A DNA stretch of 64,000 nt, taken from contig CAWAGQ010000015.1 of the NCBI GenBank assembly GCA_963781585.1, positions 1 to 64,000 on the forward strand. Reading direction: 5' to 3'. The notes under the pieces are model-generated. The model searched no databases and was not told the origin of the DNA. It saw only the letters and a program-made list of their open reading frames with translations. A program made the position numbers and the translations under genes. Every line of letters begins with the position of its first letter. The first letter of the stretch is position 1. Shown piece after piece: positions 19,319 to 29,287 of the stretch. This stretch comes from an uncultured Gemmatimonadaceae bacterium. Its GTDB lineage: Bacteria > Gemmatimonadota > Gemmatimonadetes > Gemmatimonadales > Gemmatimonadaceae.

Positions 19319-20107
19319 TCAGCGCTCGATGAGCTGGCGGATGCGCTGGCGGTAGCTCTTGCCCGACTGCAGCCGGGTGCCGTCGGCGAGCACGAGGATC
19401 CAGTCGCCCTGGAACCAGGGCTGGAATTCCCGGATCCGATCCACGTTCACCACCGTGGATCGGTGGATCCGCAGAAAGTGCGTGGCCGGCAATCGCTGCT
19501 CGATCTGCGAGAGGGTGGAGCGGTGCTCGTAGACGTGACGACCCGCGTGGATGCGCACGAGGTCGTCGGCGGCCTCGATGTAATCGATCTCGGCGATCCG
19601 GACATAGAGCAGGCGGTCGCCGACCTTGATCGTGAGCCGATCCGCGGCCGCGGCTTTCGCGCCCGCCAGTTCCTCCACGAGTTGGGCGAGCTGCGCCGGC
19701 GCGCGCGGCGCGGTGTCCTGATGCTCACGCCCTGTCCGCGCCAGTCGAACCACGCGGTCGATGGCGCGATGAAAGCGCGTCCGGTTCACCGGCTTCAGGA
19801 TGTAGTCCAGCGCGTGCACTTCAAACGCCCGGAGCGCATGCTGGTCGAACGCCGTGACGAACACCACGGGCGGCATGCGATCCGCGCCGATTGCCCGGAC
19901 GACGTCGATGCCGTCCAGCTCGGGCATCTGCACGTCCAGCAGGACGAGCTCGGGGCCGTCCGCGCGGATGCGTGCCACAGCCGACTTCCCGTCGCCGCAC
20001 TCCCCGATCACCTCGATATCCCCGCGCGACTCGAGGAGCGTGCGCAGGTGCTGCCGCGCTACGGGCTCATCGTCGACGATGAGCGTGCGCAGAGGCAAAT
20101 CGGTCAT
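19319..20107 (-). CDS. LytTR-family response regulator
   Basis: IVDDE, LDVQMP, FVTAFDQHA, FLRIHRSTVVN. Confidence 0.95.
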   Translation of the reverse strand: MTDLPLRTLIVDDEPVARQHLRTLLESRGDIEVIGECGDGKSAVARIRADGPELVLLDVQMPELDGIDVVRAIGADRMPPVVFVTAFDQHALRAFEVHALDYILKPVNRTRFHRAIDRVVRLARTGREHQDTAPRAPAQLAQLVEELAGAKAAAADRLTIKVGDRLLYVRIAEIDYIEAADDLVRIHAGRHVYEHRSTLSQIEQRLPATHFLRIHRSTVVNVDRIREFQPWFQGDWILVLADGTRLQSGKSYRQRIRQLIER

Positions 20108-21435
20108 TGGTCCGCACGGTCGGGCGGTGTGGAGGCGCCGCCGTCGCGATCCTCTGGCGGGCGGGTATGGAATGGAATCTCGATATGAACCCGAAAGCCC
20201 GCGCGGTCGTTTCCCTTCCCGGCCGGCACGCCGGCTTCGAACCGATGCGCATCACCGTAGAGCGAACGGAGCCGGGCGCGAGCGTTGCCGAGCCCCACGC
20301 CCTCGCGCCGCACCACGTCCCGCGGCTCTCCCACACCGTCATCGCTCACCTCGAGCGCCAGCACGCCGTTGTCGCGGTGCGCGGCAATCGTGATGCACCC
20401 CGCGGCCGCCCGCGGCCCGATGCCGTGCTTGATGGCGTTCTCGACCAGGGGCTGGAGCAGCAGGTTGGGGACGTAGGCCCGGGCGGCGTCGTCGCCGACA
20501 TCGAACAGCACGCTCAGCCGATCGCGGAAGCGCACCTGCTGGATGTCCAGATAGTGCCGCAGCACCTCCAGTTCCCGTTCCAGTGGCACCTCCTGCTCGC
20601 CCGCGCTACCCAACGAGAACCGCAGCAGTTCGCTCAGGCCGGACACCATCCGTTCCGCGGCCTCGGGATCGGTGTGCACCAGCGCGGTAATCGTGTTCAG
20701 GGTGTTGAAGAGGAAGTGCGGCTGGAGCTGGAGCTTGAGCGCCTGGAGCTGGGCCTGGTCGAGCCGGGCCTGGAGCCGTTCGCTCTCGTGCGCCGCCTGC
20801 GAGTATCGCATCGTGAGGCGCTCCTGCCAGCGCGTGGCGTACGTGGCCACGGCACCCGCGCAGGCCAGCAGGAGGATCTTCGCGCCCTCGTCCAGCGGTG
20901 ACACGGCCGCGGTGGCGCTGGCCTGCAGCGGGCTGCGAACCGTTGTCAACGCGCCGCTCCAGTAGAACCAGGCGATCACGCCGGCGTACTCGGCGACGGC
21001 GAGTGCGGCTACCGCCGCCGCCTTGCGCGTGGACGACGCCACCGGCAACGCCGCAAGTATGATGAAATAGACCGCGAACATCGGCGTCTTGAGCGCCAGC
21101 TCGGCCGCGTAGGCGATCCCGTACGCGGCCAGGACCGTGCTCACCGCGCTCAGGTCGACGATCGGATTCACCAGCGCGAGCCAGCCGGGCAACATCGCGC
21201 GGTCGTAGAACAGCCGGTACTGCAGCAGCGTCCACGCGATGGTCGGGATCAGCAGACTCACGTTGACCCGGTTGAGCGCCGGCGGCAGCGTGGGCGCGTA
21301 CGCCATGGCGGCCATCGCCAGCAACACCAGCACCACCAGGCGCACGCCGTTGAGCAGCCGCTCGGCGCGATCCCGTTCGATTGCGAGCAGCGATGGCTCG
21401 TCGAGGGCGATAGTGCTGTGGACGGGAGGAGTCAT
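20104..21435 (-). CDS. LytS/YehU-family sensor histidine kinase
   Basis: About 6 TM segments; QLQPHFLFNTLN, LQPLVENAIKHG, DDGVG, GVGLGN. Confidence 0.95.
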   Translation of the reverse strand: MTPPVHSTIALDEPSLLAIERDRAERLLNGVRLVVLVLLAMAAMAYAPTLPPALNRVNVSLLIPTIAWTLLQYRLFYDRAMLPGWLALVNPIVDLSAVSTVLAAYGIAYAAELALKTPMFAVYFIILAALPVASSTRKAAAVAALAVAEYAGVIAWFYWSGALTTVRSPLQASATAAVSPLDEGAKILLLACAGAVATYATRWQERLTMRYSQAAHESERLQARLDQAQLQALKLQLQPHFLFNTLNTITALVHTDPEAAERMVSGLSELLRFSLGSAGEQEVPLERELEVLRHYLDIQQVRFRDRLSVLFDVGDDAARAYVPNLLLQPLVENAIKHGIGPRAAAGCITIAAHRDNGVLALEVSDDGVGEPRDVVRREGVGLGNARARLRSLYGDAHRFEAGVPAGKGNDRAGFRVHIEIPFHTRPPEDRDGGASTPPDRADQ

Positions 21436-21450
21436 GGGCAGTGGTACGTG

Positions 21451-21585
21451 TCACCGGTCAGCGGTCACCAGTCAGGGGTCAGCAGTGCAGTCAGCAGCAG
21501 TGAGCAGTGAGCAGTGGGCAGTGGGCAGCGAGCAGTTTCGCTGATAGCTGAAGGCTGATGCCTGAACGCTGATACCAGAACGCTG
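21451..21585. repeat. Heptamer arrays (TSAGCAG type, then inverted GCTGAWN type)
   Basis: tcaccgg tcagcgg tcaccag tcagggg tcagcag..tgagcag tgagcag tgggcag tgggcag cgagcag, then gctgata gctgaag gctgatg cctgaac gctgata. Confidence 0.85.
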
Positions 21586-21587
21586 CC

Positions 21588-22721
21588 CTACTTCTGAAAC
21601 CGCGCCACGCTGAAGGGCCCAAGATCGATACATGGCTGTTTCTCTTCCACCAGGTCGGCCGCGATCTCGCCCACGGCCGACGAAAACTTGAACCCATGCC
21701 CTGAACACGCGCTCACCACCACCACATTCTCATGCCGGGGATGACGGTCGATGATGAAGTGTTCGTCCGGGGTGTCAGTGTAAAGACAGACCGCCGAACC
21801 TCGCGACGGACCGGCCGCCTCTGGCACCAGTGCCCGCAGTGTGCGCTGCGCCTCCCTCATCTCGTCAGGCGTGACCTCGCGGCGGACGGTGTCGGCACTT
21901 GTGGTCTCCCCACCGTGGTGGAAGCCCGCCTTCACCCCACGCCCCACGTCGGGCGTGGTGTAGAAGATACGCGCACCATCCAGTTCCCACATCGTCACCG
22001 GCATCGTGTCCGGGCCGAACGGGGCCGCGCCGGCAGGCGCGAACCAGTGACTGACCTGGCGCTCCACGCGCAGGGGCAATTCCAGCCCGGGAAGCAGCGA
22101 CCCGATCCACGCACCGGCCGCGATCACCAGGTGCGACGCAGCGATGTCGCCGCCCGCACGGTGTACGGTGACATCGCCTTTCACAGCCCGCCACCTCGTT
22201 GCCGGCTCATCGAGACGCAACTCGGCGCCGAGGTCTCGAGCCAGCGCCAGGTGAGCCGCGATGACCGCCTCGGGACGGACGAAGCCGGCCCCGGGCTCCC
22301 ACACCGCCACCCGGTCCTCGCGTTCCACATAGGCTGGGAATCTCGCGGAGAGCTGGCCAGGCGCCAGCAGCTCATGTGTCACCCCATGCTCGTGCGCGCT
22401 GGCCAGGACACCGCGCACCAACGCCCCGTCGCGCGCACCGATGGTCAGCCCCCCGTTGCGCACAAGGAGCGACTTCCCCCCCGAGGCCTGCTCGAGGTCG
22501 AGCCAGAGCGCCAGCGCTCTGCGCACGAGCGGTACATAGAGCGGATGCTCGTAGTACGCCTCGCGAATGATGCGCGTGAGACCGAGCGACGACCCCATCG
22601 CGTGAGGTGGAGCGAAGCGATCGAAGCCGACCACCTTCAGGCCGCGGCGTGACAGATGATAGGCGGCGGCGCTCCCCATCGCGCCTAGCCCGATCACGGC
22701 GACGTCGAATCGCGCACTCAC
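21588..22721 (-). CDS. solA: N-methyl-L-tryptophan oxidase / monomeric sarcosine oxidase
   Basis: VIGLGAMGSA, GSSLGLTRIIR, CLYTDTPDEHFIID, CSGHGFKF. Confidence 0.9.
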   Translation of the reverse strand: MSARFDVAVIGLGAMGSAAAYHLSRRGLKVVGFDRFAPPHAMGSSLGLTRIIREAYYEHPLYVPLVRRALALWLDLEQASGGKSLLVRNGGLTIGARDGALVRGVLASAHEHGVTHELLAPGQLSARFPAYVEREDRVAVWEPGAGFVRPEAVIAAHLALARDLGAELRLDEPATRWRAVKGDVTVHRAGGDIAASHLVIAAGAWIGSLLPGLELPLRVERQVSHWFAPAGAAPFGPDTMPVTMWELDGARIFYTTPDVGRGVKAGFHHGGETTSADTVRREVTPDEMREAQRTLRALVPEAAGPSRGSAVCLYTDTPDEHFIIDRHPRHENVVVVSACSGHGFKFSSAVGEIAADLVEEKQPCIDLGPFSVARFQK

Positions 22722-22767
22722 GGTTCGTGTCCCGGTGCGCGCGGCAACCGCCACGCGGCCGCGATCG

Positions 22768-24966
22768 CTACGGCATCCCGCCGTCTACCCGGACCGGCGG
22801 CTTCTGGCCGGTCACGGGCACCCAGTGGGTGAACCACTCCACGTTCCGCTGCATCAGGTCGCGGTTCAACCGGGGATCACTGATGCCGTGCGGCTGTCCC
22901 GGATACATCACCAGCTTCACCGGAACCTTCCCGATCTCCTTCACCGCCTCGTAGAACTCGATGCTCTGCTCGGCCGGTACCCGGCGATCGGCCTGACCCA
23001 CCTGGATCAGCAGCGGCGTGCTCACGTTCTTCACGAATCGGAACGCCGATCGCTGCTCATACAGATCGAAGTTTTCCCAGGGGCGCGGGCCGAGATAGGT
23101 CTGGTAGAACTCGGGAATGTCGGTCTCCGAGTACATCGAAATGAGATCGTTGGCGCCGGCCCCGGCGCTCGCCGCCGAGAAGCGGGGCGTGTGCGTGATG
23201 CCCCAGTAGGTGTGATGCCCACCGAAGCTCCATCCCATGATTCCCATCTTCGTGGAATCGACGATACCCATCCTGATGAGCGCGTCGACTCCCGAGTTCA
23301 CGTCGACCCAGTCGTTGCCGGAAATGTCGCCCACGTTGAGTCCACGGAAACGCTGCCCGTAGCCAGCCGATCCGCGGTAATTGGGTTGAAGCACCGCGTA
23401 TCCGAGTGAGGCGAACACGGTGACGGGGTAGGCGCCGCGCATGGGGGGATAGCGGTTCGACGAGACTCCGCTGGGGCCACCGTGAATCACCAGGAGCAGC
23501 GGGACCTTCTTTCCTGCTTCATATCCGACGGGCAAGGTGAGAATGCCCTCGATGGCTTCGCTGTCGGCCTTCGAATTCCACCGTACCACCCGCTGCGCGC
23601 CGTACGCGAACGTGGTCGCCTGCGGGTTGACGCTCGTCAGGCGCCTGGGACTGAATGTCGCGATGGACGAGGCATGTACGTCCGGCGGCTGGCTCGGCGA
23701 TTCCGCCAGGAAGGCGATCATGTCCCCTGTCACTGGAGCGGCGGCCTTCGGTGCGCCCTGGCTCTGCGCGCCTCTGGTCCGCGCTGCGGGCTTCGACCCA
23801 GGAGCCATCGACCGGCCGGCGATTGCCGCCGAGAATCCACTGTAGAAATACGCGGAATCGCTGATCCGCTGCGGCGGTCCGGCGGCCTGGCCCGCAGCGA
23901 GCGGAATGCGAAAGAGCGCGCGGCTCGTGCCGACGGCTGCCTCGACGAGCAGCTCGGTCGCGTTGGCTGCCACGTACCGCGCATCCTCGTCCAGTGCGTC
24001 GGTCAGCGGGACCGGGTCTGTTCCGGTGATCGGCACCACCCACAGGCGCTGGTTGGCGGTCGAGTGCAGCTTGCCCGAGGCCGCCACGATCAGGCCCAGT
24101 CCTTCGGGCCAGCCGACGACGTCCACGCCGCCTTCCAGGTGCGTGACCTGCCGTGCCTCGGCGCCGCCTTCGCTCTGCACAAAGACGTTACCCATCTCGT
24201 ACGTGCGGAGCACCGGGGAGGGATTCGCCGACCAGGCGAGGACGCGGGAGTCGGGGGCCCAGACCACGCTCGTCACGTCCAGGCTGTCCGGTGAACTTGG
24301 CCTGACGATACCGGCCGTCCGGTTCACGAGGTCGGCCGTCCAGACGCGCGTCCAGTCGCTCGCGTAGGCGCTGTCGCGCACCATCGGACGGCCACGCTCC
24401 TTCTCCAGATCCTTGTCGGCGCTCGGCTCGGGCGCGGTCGCGAGGAAGGCAACCCGTTCACCGTTCGGTGAGATCTCGAAGTCCGACACGCTCGTCTCGT
24501 GCTTCGTCACCGGCCACGCCTCGCCTCCCGACGGGTCGATGCCGTACACCTGCATCCTGCCCTTCTCGGCGCGGTCGGACAGAAACGCCAGCCAGCTGCC
24601 GTCGGCCACCCACTGGGGGGCTCTGTTCGCGCGGGGCCCGTACGTCACCTGCACCGGCGTCCCGCCGTCGGTCGAGACGATCCAGATATCGGAGCGATTG
24701 ACGTCGGCTTCGCGGTCGCTCGTGGTCACGACGTAGGCGACCCGCTTGCCGTCTGGACTGATGGCGACACCACCCACCGACTTCATCGCGAGGACGTCGT
24801 CCACCGTCCAGGGCTTTGCTGCCGGCGCCTGTCCGGGGAGGCTCAAGGGGAGGGCGCAGAGGGCCAGAATCGCGATTGTCGAGGAAACGGCGGTACCGCG
24901 ACGCCGGACCCTGACCAGGGTCAGACTCCGTTTTTGTGCGGTCAGGAGGGTGGTGCGCACCTTCAT
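22768..24966 (-). CDS. Secreted S9 family peptidase (acylaminoacyl-peptidase-like)
   Basis: SPDG repeats; IHGGP, PNYRGS, GWSFGG, DRRVP, PHG. Confidence 0.92.
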   Translation of the reverse strand: MKVRTTLLTAQKRSLTLVRVRRRGTAVSSTIAILALCALPLSLPGQAPAAKPWTVDDVLAMKSVGGVAISPDGKRVAYVVTTSDREADVNRSDIWIVSTDGGTPVQVTYGPRANRAPQWVADGSWLAFLSDRAEKGRMQVYGIDPSGGEAWPVTKHETSVSDFEISPNGERVAFLATAPEPSADKDLEKERGRPMVRDSAYASDWTRVWTADLVNRTAGIVRPSSPDSLDVTSVVWAPDSRVLAWSANPSPVLRTYEMGNVFVQSEGGAEARQVTHLEGGVDVVGWPEGLGLIVAASGKLHSTANQRLWVVPITGTDPVPLTDALDEDARYVAANATELLVEAAVGTSRALFRIPLAAGQAAGPPQRISDSAYFYSGFSAAIAGRSMAPGSKPAARTRGAQSQGAPKAAAPVTGDMIAFLAESPSQPPDVHASSIATFSPRRLTSVNPQATTFAYGAQRVVRWNSKADSEAIEGILTLPVGYEAGKKVPLLLVIHGGPSGVSSNRYPPMRGAYPVTVFASLGYAVLQPNYRGSAGYGQRFRGLNVGDISGNDWVDVNSGVDALIRMGIVDSTKMGIMGWSFGGHHTYWGITHTPRFSAASAGAGANDLISMYSETDIPEFYQTYLGPRPWENFDLYEQRSAFRFVKNVSTPLLIQVGQADRRVPAEQSIEFYEAVKEIGKVPVKLVMYPGQPHGISDPRLNRDLMQRNVEWFTHWVPVTGQKPPVRVDGGMP

Positions 24967-25043
24967 CGTGCGAGCTCCTTGGATTCGGAAGCGGACGAAG
25001 CGAAAGTGCAGCCAGGGGAGGGGAAATTCAACGCTCCTACGGC

Positions 25044-25116
25044 GGCTACAGGCCAAAGATCAAAGGCATAGGCCAAAGGTCATAGGCCACTGGCCACAGG
25101 CCACAGGCCAAGGCTA
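25044..25116. repeat. Heptamer tandem array, GGCCAMA type
   Basis: ggctaca ggccaaa gatcaaa ggcata ggccaaa ggtcata ggccact ggccaca ggccaca ggccaa. Confidence 0.85.
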
Positions 25117-25449
25117 CGGTGAGGTGTCGCGCGGTGTCGCGCGGAACGGGCCGGTCACGTCGACCCTCACGCGATAGCCTTCCAGCTCCTCGGGAAGATG
25201 CAGGCGCCGAGCGGCGGCTGAGTCCACCAGCATGATACGGATGCATGGGACGCCGTCGCAAAGGGCGATGGCTGTCCCGGTCACGCCCGGCAGCGCCATC
25301 AGCGAGTCGGTATGCGCGGCGAGCACGTCGGCGATCGGTCTGGCGGGCATGTGGCGTCCGGGATTGGCGTGGGGCGCGCGGGTGCAGGACGCAGCCAGGG
25401 CGAACGCGAACGCCGGTAGTGCGCGCCTAACGAGGACTGGGAACGTCAC
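25114..25449 (-). CDS. Small lipoprotein homologous to the N-terminal domain of the upstream protease
   Basis: GTG start 25449; lipobox LAASC; GVTGTA..G.P..LP..LEG..V..VTG aligns with the protease N-terminal domain. Confidence 0.75.
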   Translation of the reverse strand: MTFPVLVRRALPAFAFALAASCTRAPHANPGRHMPARPIADVLAAHTDSLMALPGVTGTAIALCDGVPCIRIMLVDSAAARRLHLPEELEGYRVRVDVTGPFRATPRDTSP

Positions 25450-25479
25450 CCGGGCAATTCCGGTGTGGCGCAGACACGA

Positions 25480-25515
25480 CGTCCCCGGACCGGGTTTCCA
25501 CCCGGCCCGGGGACG
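25480..25515 (-). terminator. Stem-loop between the protease and small lipoprotein genes
   Basis: CGTCCCCGGACCGGGT-TTCC-ACCCGGCCCGGGGACG, one mismatch. Confidence 0.5.
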
Positions 25516-25543
25516 ATGGTGCGATGCAGCGCGAGCAGCCCGA

Positions 25544-27334
25544 TCAGGGCTTCGCGACGGTGATCGATGTTCCGTTGCTGTCACCGTCCGGGTCGTGATT
25601 ACTTGACGCCGCATAGGTGAGGCCGGACTTCGTCAGGCTCGTCACCGTGAAGGTCACCGACGACAGACCGCCCCGGATCGAAGGCGCGAGGACGATGCAC
25701 TGTCCGGCTCCGCTGGTCGTGCACTGGTTGACGTTGAACTCGCCCTTGCTCCACGATCCCTGCACCACGACCCCGTTCAGCGGGTTGTGGCTGGCGTCGT
25801 GGGCCGTGATCTCGACCGTCGCCGCCCACCGCTTCCCGTTGTCGACCACGTACACTGCATCCAGATCGCCGACGTGCATGGTGCCCGATTGGCTTGGCGC
25901 ATTGACGGTCACTGCAATTGTGCCCACGTCGTTGGCGGCGTTGTCGTCGGCAAGTCTCTGGCGCGCCCGGAGGGTGTGAGGGCCGGTGGGAGTGCTGGTC
26001 GACGTGCTCCAGGTGAAAGTCAGCGTCTTCGAGGCACCCACGTTCAAGCCGGCCACGGTTTGTGTGCCGATGACCGCACTGGCCGTCACGTCACGTAACC
26101 TGACGTCGAAGGACTGCACATTCTGGCTGCCGACGTTCTGCACGGTCACACCGATGTTCGCCGAGTTCCCCTGCGTCACCGACGATGGGGCGGTCATGCC
26201 GGTGATCGCGATGTCGGTCAGCGGCGGCGGGGGCGGCCCACCACTGCCGCCGTCCACGTGGACGCCAAAGTAATTCAGGACCAGGTCGATCCGGTTGGCG
26301 ATTGTCTCGCTCGAGCTCCCGGCAAACAGCAGGGCCACCGGATTGGACGTGGCGTCGTCGGTCACGATCAACGAGCCCGAATCGCCGCCGTCGCTGAATG
26401 TGCCGGGCGTGATGATCAGCTGGTCGACGAACGTCGCGCTCTTGACGCAGAAGATGTAGACGACCTCGTAGCACACGGTCACCGTGGCGTTGATCCCGGT
26501 GATCGTGCCGTGCGTCAGCTTCGTGGTCCGGCCGTACTTCTTGACCGCCAGGTTGAGCAGGTTGTTCTCGTTGTCGAACACGCCGTCGTTGTTGCCGTCC
26601 CCGTAGATGTGACTGTCGGGCGTGCCGTACCCGTCGTCGAGCGGAGTGCCATTGCCCACGTTGGCGGCATTGGTGATGGCGATCGCGGCGTCGATGGTGT
26701 TCGACCCGCCCGAGAAGTCGATCGTCTTGAACGCCGACAGGTTGGCGACGATGTCGGCGCTGGTACCGCCGTCGTACACACCGGGCTGATATTCCGGGTC
26801 GCCGAGACTGGCCGCGTTGGCGTTTGCCAGGACGTGGTTGTTGCTCAGGATGTACAGGTGGCCCGATCCGTCGGCGACTCGCGCGCCGATGGTGCCGGCG
26901 GTGATGGCCGGATGGCCCACTGAATAGCCGAGCGGGGCCGGACGCGCCCGCGTCGTGGGATCGCTGAACGCCATGATCCGGCCGGTCACGTTCTGCACCA
27001 CCGGTACCCCGTCGAGCGCATCGGGCAGGCCGGCTATCCCGCCGTGCTCGAGCAGGATTTCGACCGCCGGAGTCCCGTTAGGCAGCCTGGTGACCGCTGT
27101 CCCCACCACCCCGGCGATCCGCCTGAGCGCGTCGCCATGTCGGGCGTGTGCCGCGATCGCGACGTCAAGGCCCTGCTGGCCCTGGGTGACCGACAGCGAC
27201 GGCCCGGGAGCCGGACCGGTGATCCGACCATCGGGACCGTCCGAGCAGGCCGTCACCAGAACGGTGACCGACAGCACGACGGCGGTCGCCGCCGAGCGTC
27301 CGGTGTGGAACAGGTTCGTGAGCGAGGACGTCAT
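25544..27334 (-). CDS. Lipoprotein trypsin-like serine protease with N-terminal domain, CARDB domain and C-terminal Ig-like domain
   Basis: Lipobox VTAC; triad SNNHVLA, IDAAIA, GGDSGS; KYGRTTKLTHG; CARDB-like VTVQNVG..DDNAAND. Confidence 0.85.
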   Translation of the reverse strand: MTSSLTNLFHTGRSAATAVVLSVTVLVTACSDGPDGRITGPAPGPSLSVTQGQQGLDVAIAAHARHGDALRRIAGVVGTAVTRLPNGTPAVEILLEHGGIAGLPDALDGVPVVQNVTGRIMAFSDPTTRARPAPLGYSVGHPAITAGTIGARVADGSGHLYILSNNHVLANANAASLGDPEYQPGVYDGGTSADIVANLSAFKTIDFSGGSNTIDAAIAITNAANVGNGTPLDDGYGTPDSHIYGDGNNDGVFDNENNLLNLAVKKYGRTTKLTHGTITGINATVTVCYEVVYIFCVKSATFVDQLIITPGTFSDGGDSGSLIVTDDATSNPVALLFAGSSSETIANRIDLVLNYFGVHVDGGSGGPPPPPLTDIAITGMTAPSSVTQGNSANIGVTVQNVGSQNVQSFDVRLRDVTASAVIGTQTVAGLNVGASKTLTFTWSTSTSTPTGPHTLRARQRLADDNAANDVGTIAVTVNAPSQSGTMHVGDLDAVYVVDNGKRWAATVEITAHDASHNPLNGVVVQGSWSKGEFNVNQCTTSGAGQCIVLAPSIRGGLSSVTFTVTSLTKSGLTYAASSNHDPDGDSNGTSITVAKP

Positions 27335-27655
27335 GATGCGCTCCCGTGAAGTTGCGGACGATGGAGAGGCGCCACCGTGAACCAGGGCACGAACGCCGCG
27401 ATACCGCACGCGTGTCCCGTGGCGAGTATGCGGAATTCCGGCAGGCCTGGCAACCACCATGGCGGAAACGTGACCGCCCGCTCGTGTCGGGCGCGGCTCC
27501 ATGGTGCCATTGCCCTGCGCCGCGTGCCGTGCTCGGCCATACAGGTATCGCGCGGGCGCCGTCACACAGTGGGCCATTTCTGCCGGGAGCGAACCGGGAA
27601 GCGGTAACCGGTCGCTGTTTCAGCGTATCCTCCGGCACTCGCGGGCTCGCGATGC

Positions 27656-29191
27656 CTAGGAGGAAACAGCTGCTATCGCGCCGGTCGGGGCCTGCGCTTC
27701 ATCCAGCCCGGCCATGAGTCGCAGCAGCCGGTCCTGGGTCGCCTCGCCGCGCGCCAGGTCGCCCACGATGCGGCCGCCGCGCATAACGAGGATGCGCGTC
27801 GACAGGTTGAGCAGCTCGGGCAGCTCGCTCGAGATGAGGAGAACTCCCGCACCGTCCGACGCCAGGCGATCCACCCAGGCGTGGAGCTCGGCCTTGGCAC
27901 CCACATCGACCCCGCGGGTCGGCTCATCCAGGATGAGAACCTGGCTCCGCGCGGCGAGCCACTTGGCCAGCACCAACTTCTGCTGGTTGCCCCCCGACAG
28001 CTCCACCGCCGGCGCGTCGAGAGTGGCCGCCCGCAGGCGCAACGGCCCGGTGTAGCGCGCCGCCAGGTCGCGCTCGCGGCGCCTGTTCACCCATCCGAAG
28101 CGCGCCACCGACGCGAGCGTCGGGAGCGTGACGTTCTTCCGGGCCGTCAGCGACAGGACGAGCCCCTGCCGCTTGCGATCTTCCGGCACGTAGCCGATGC
28201 CGAGCGCCATGGCGCGCCGGGGCGACCGGATCCGTACGCGCCGGCCACGCACGGTCACGGTGCCGGTGGCATCGGCGTCGAGGCCGAAGATCGCGTTGGC
28301 GACCTCTGAGCGGCCGGCGCCCACGAGACCGGCCAGCCCCACCACCTCACCCCCGTGCACCGAAAACGACACGCCACGGAACTTCCCTGGCGAGGACAAT
28401 TCCTCCACCCGGAGGAGTTCGTCTCCCACACCCGTCTGCACGTGGACGGGGAAGTACTGCTCGATGCGGCGGCCGATCATTTCGTGCACCAGCGTTCCCT
28501 CGTCGATTTCGGCCACCCGCTTCGTGCACACGTGGCGTCCGTCGCGCAACACCGTCACCCGGTCGCAGAGGCGGAAGATTTCGGCCATCCGGTGCGAGAC
28601 GTAGAGCTGGGTGATGCCCCGCTCGCGCAGCGCGCCGATCAGCCGGTACAGGCGCCCGGCTTCGGCCTCGCCCAGGCTGCTGGTGGGCTCGTCGAAGACG
28701 ATGATCCGGGCGCCGCTTCCCACCGCCGCCGCGATCTGGACCACCTGCTGACCGGCGATGCCTAACGAGCTGAGTGGACGATCGGGCGCGATCCCGGTGG
28801 CGCCCACGTCGGCCAGCAGTTGCACGGCGCGGCGGTGCAGTTCGCCCCGCGCCACGAAGCTCCACCGCGACGGCAGACGCGCCAGGCAGAGATTCTCGGC
28901 AACGGTGAGATTGTCGCAGAACGCCAGCTCCTGGTGTACCATCGCCACCCGTGCGGCCAGCGCGTCGCGTGGACCGGTGAATCGCACCGCCCGGCCGTCG
29001 AGATACACCTGGCCGGCGTCGGGTGTGTGGATCCCCGCCAGGATTCGTCCCAGCGTGCTCTTCCCCGCTCCGTTCTCGCCACAGATGGCGTGGACTTCGC
29101 CGCGCTCCACCTCGAACGAGACGCGGTCCAGCGCCACCACTCCGGGGAACCGCCTGGTGATGTTCTCGAAACGCACCGCCGGCGGGGTCAT
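27656..29191 (-). CDS. Monosaccharide (CUT2) ABC transporter ATP-binding protein
   Basis: GENGAGKST, DEPT, PEDRK, LSGGNQQK, DEPTRGVDVGAK. Confidence 0.95.
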   Translation of the reverse strand: MTPPAVRFENITRRFPGVVALDRVSFEVERGEVHAICGENGAGKSTLGRILAGIHTPDAGQVYLDGRAVRFTGPRDALAARVAMVHQELAFCDNLTVAENLCLARLPSRWSFVARGELHRRAVQLLADVGATGIAPDRPLSSLGIAGQQVVQIAAAVGSGARIIVFDEPTSSLGEAEAGRLYRLIGALRERGITQLYVSHRMAEIFRLCDRVTVLRDGRHVCTKRVAEIDEGTLVHEMIGRRIEQYFPVHVQTGVGDELLRVEELSSPGKFRGVSFSVHGGEVVGLAGLVGAGRSEVANAIFGLDADATGTVTVRGRRVRIRSPRRAMALGIGYVPEDRKRQGLVLSLTARKNVTLPTLASVARFGWVNRRRERDLAARYTGPLRLRAATLDAPAVELSGGNQQKLVLAKWLAARSQVLILDEPTRGVDVGAKAELHAWVDRLASDGAGVLLISSELPELLNLSTRILVMRGGRIVGDLARGEATQDRLLRLMAGLDEAQAPTGAIAAVSS

Positions 29192-29287
29192 CCCGCCCTC
29201 GTGCGCTTCGCATGGCACACCGCGCTCCACCCGCCCTGCGGCAGGATCGCCGCCAGATCGCGCCGTCGGTCGACGGTCACCCGCGCC

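Noticed and set aside
21451..21585. Possible CRISPR array
   Set aside because: Only 7-bp periodicity, no repeat-spacer structure and no cas genes.
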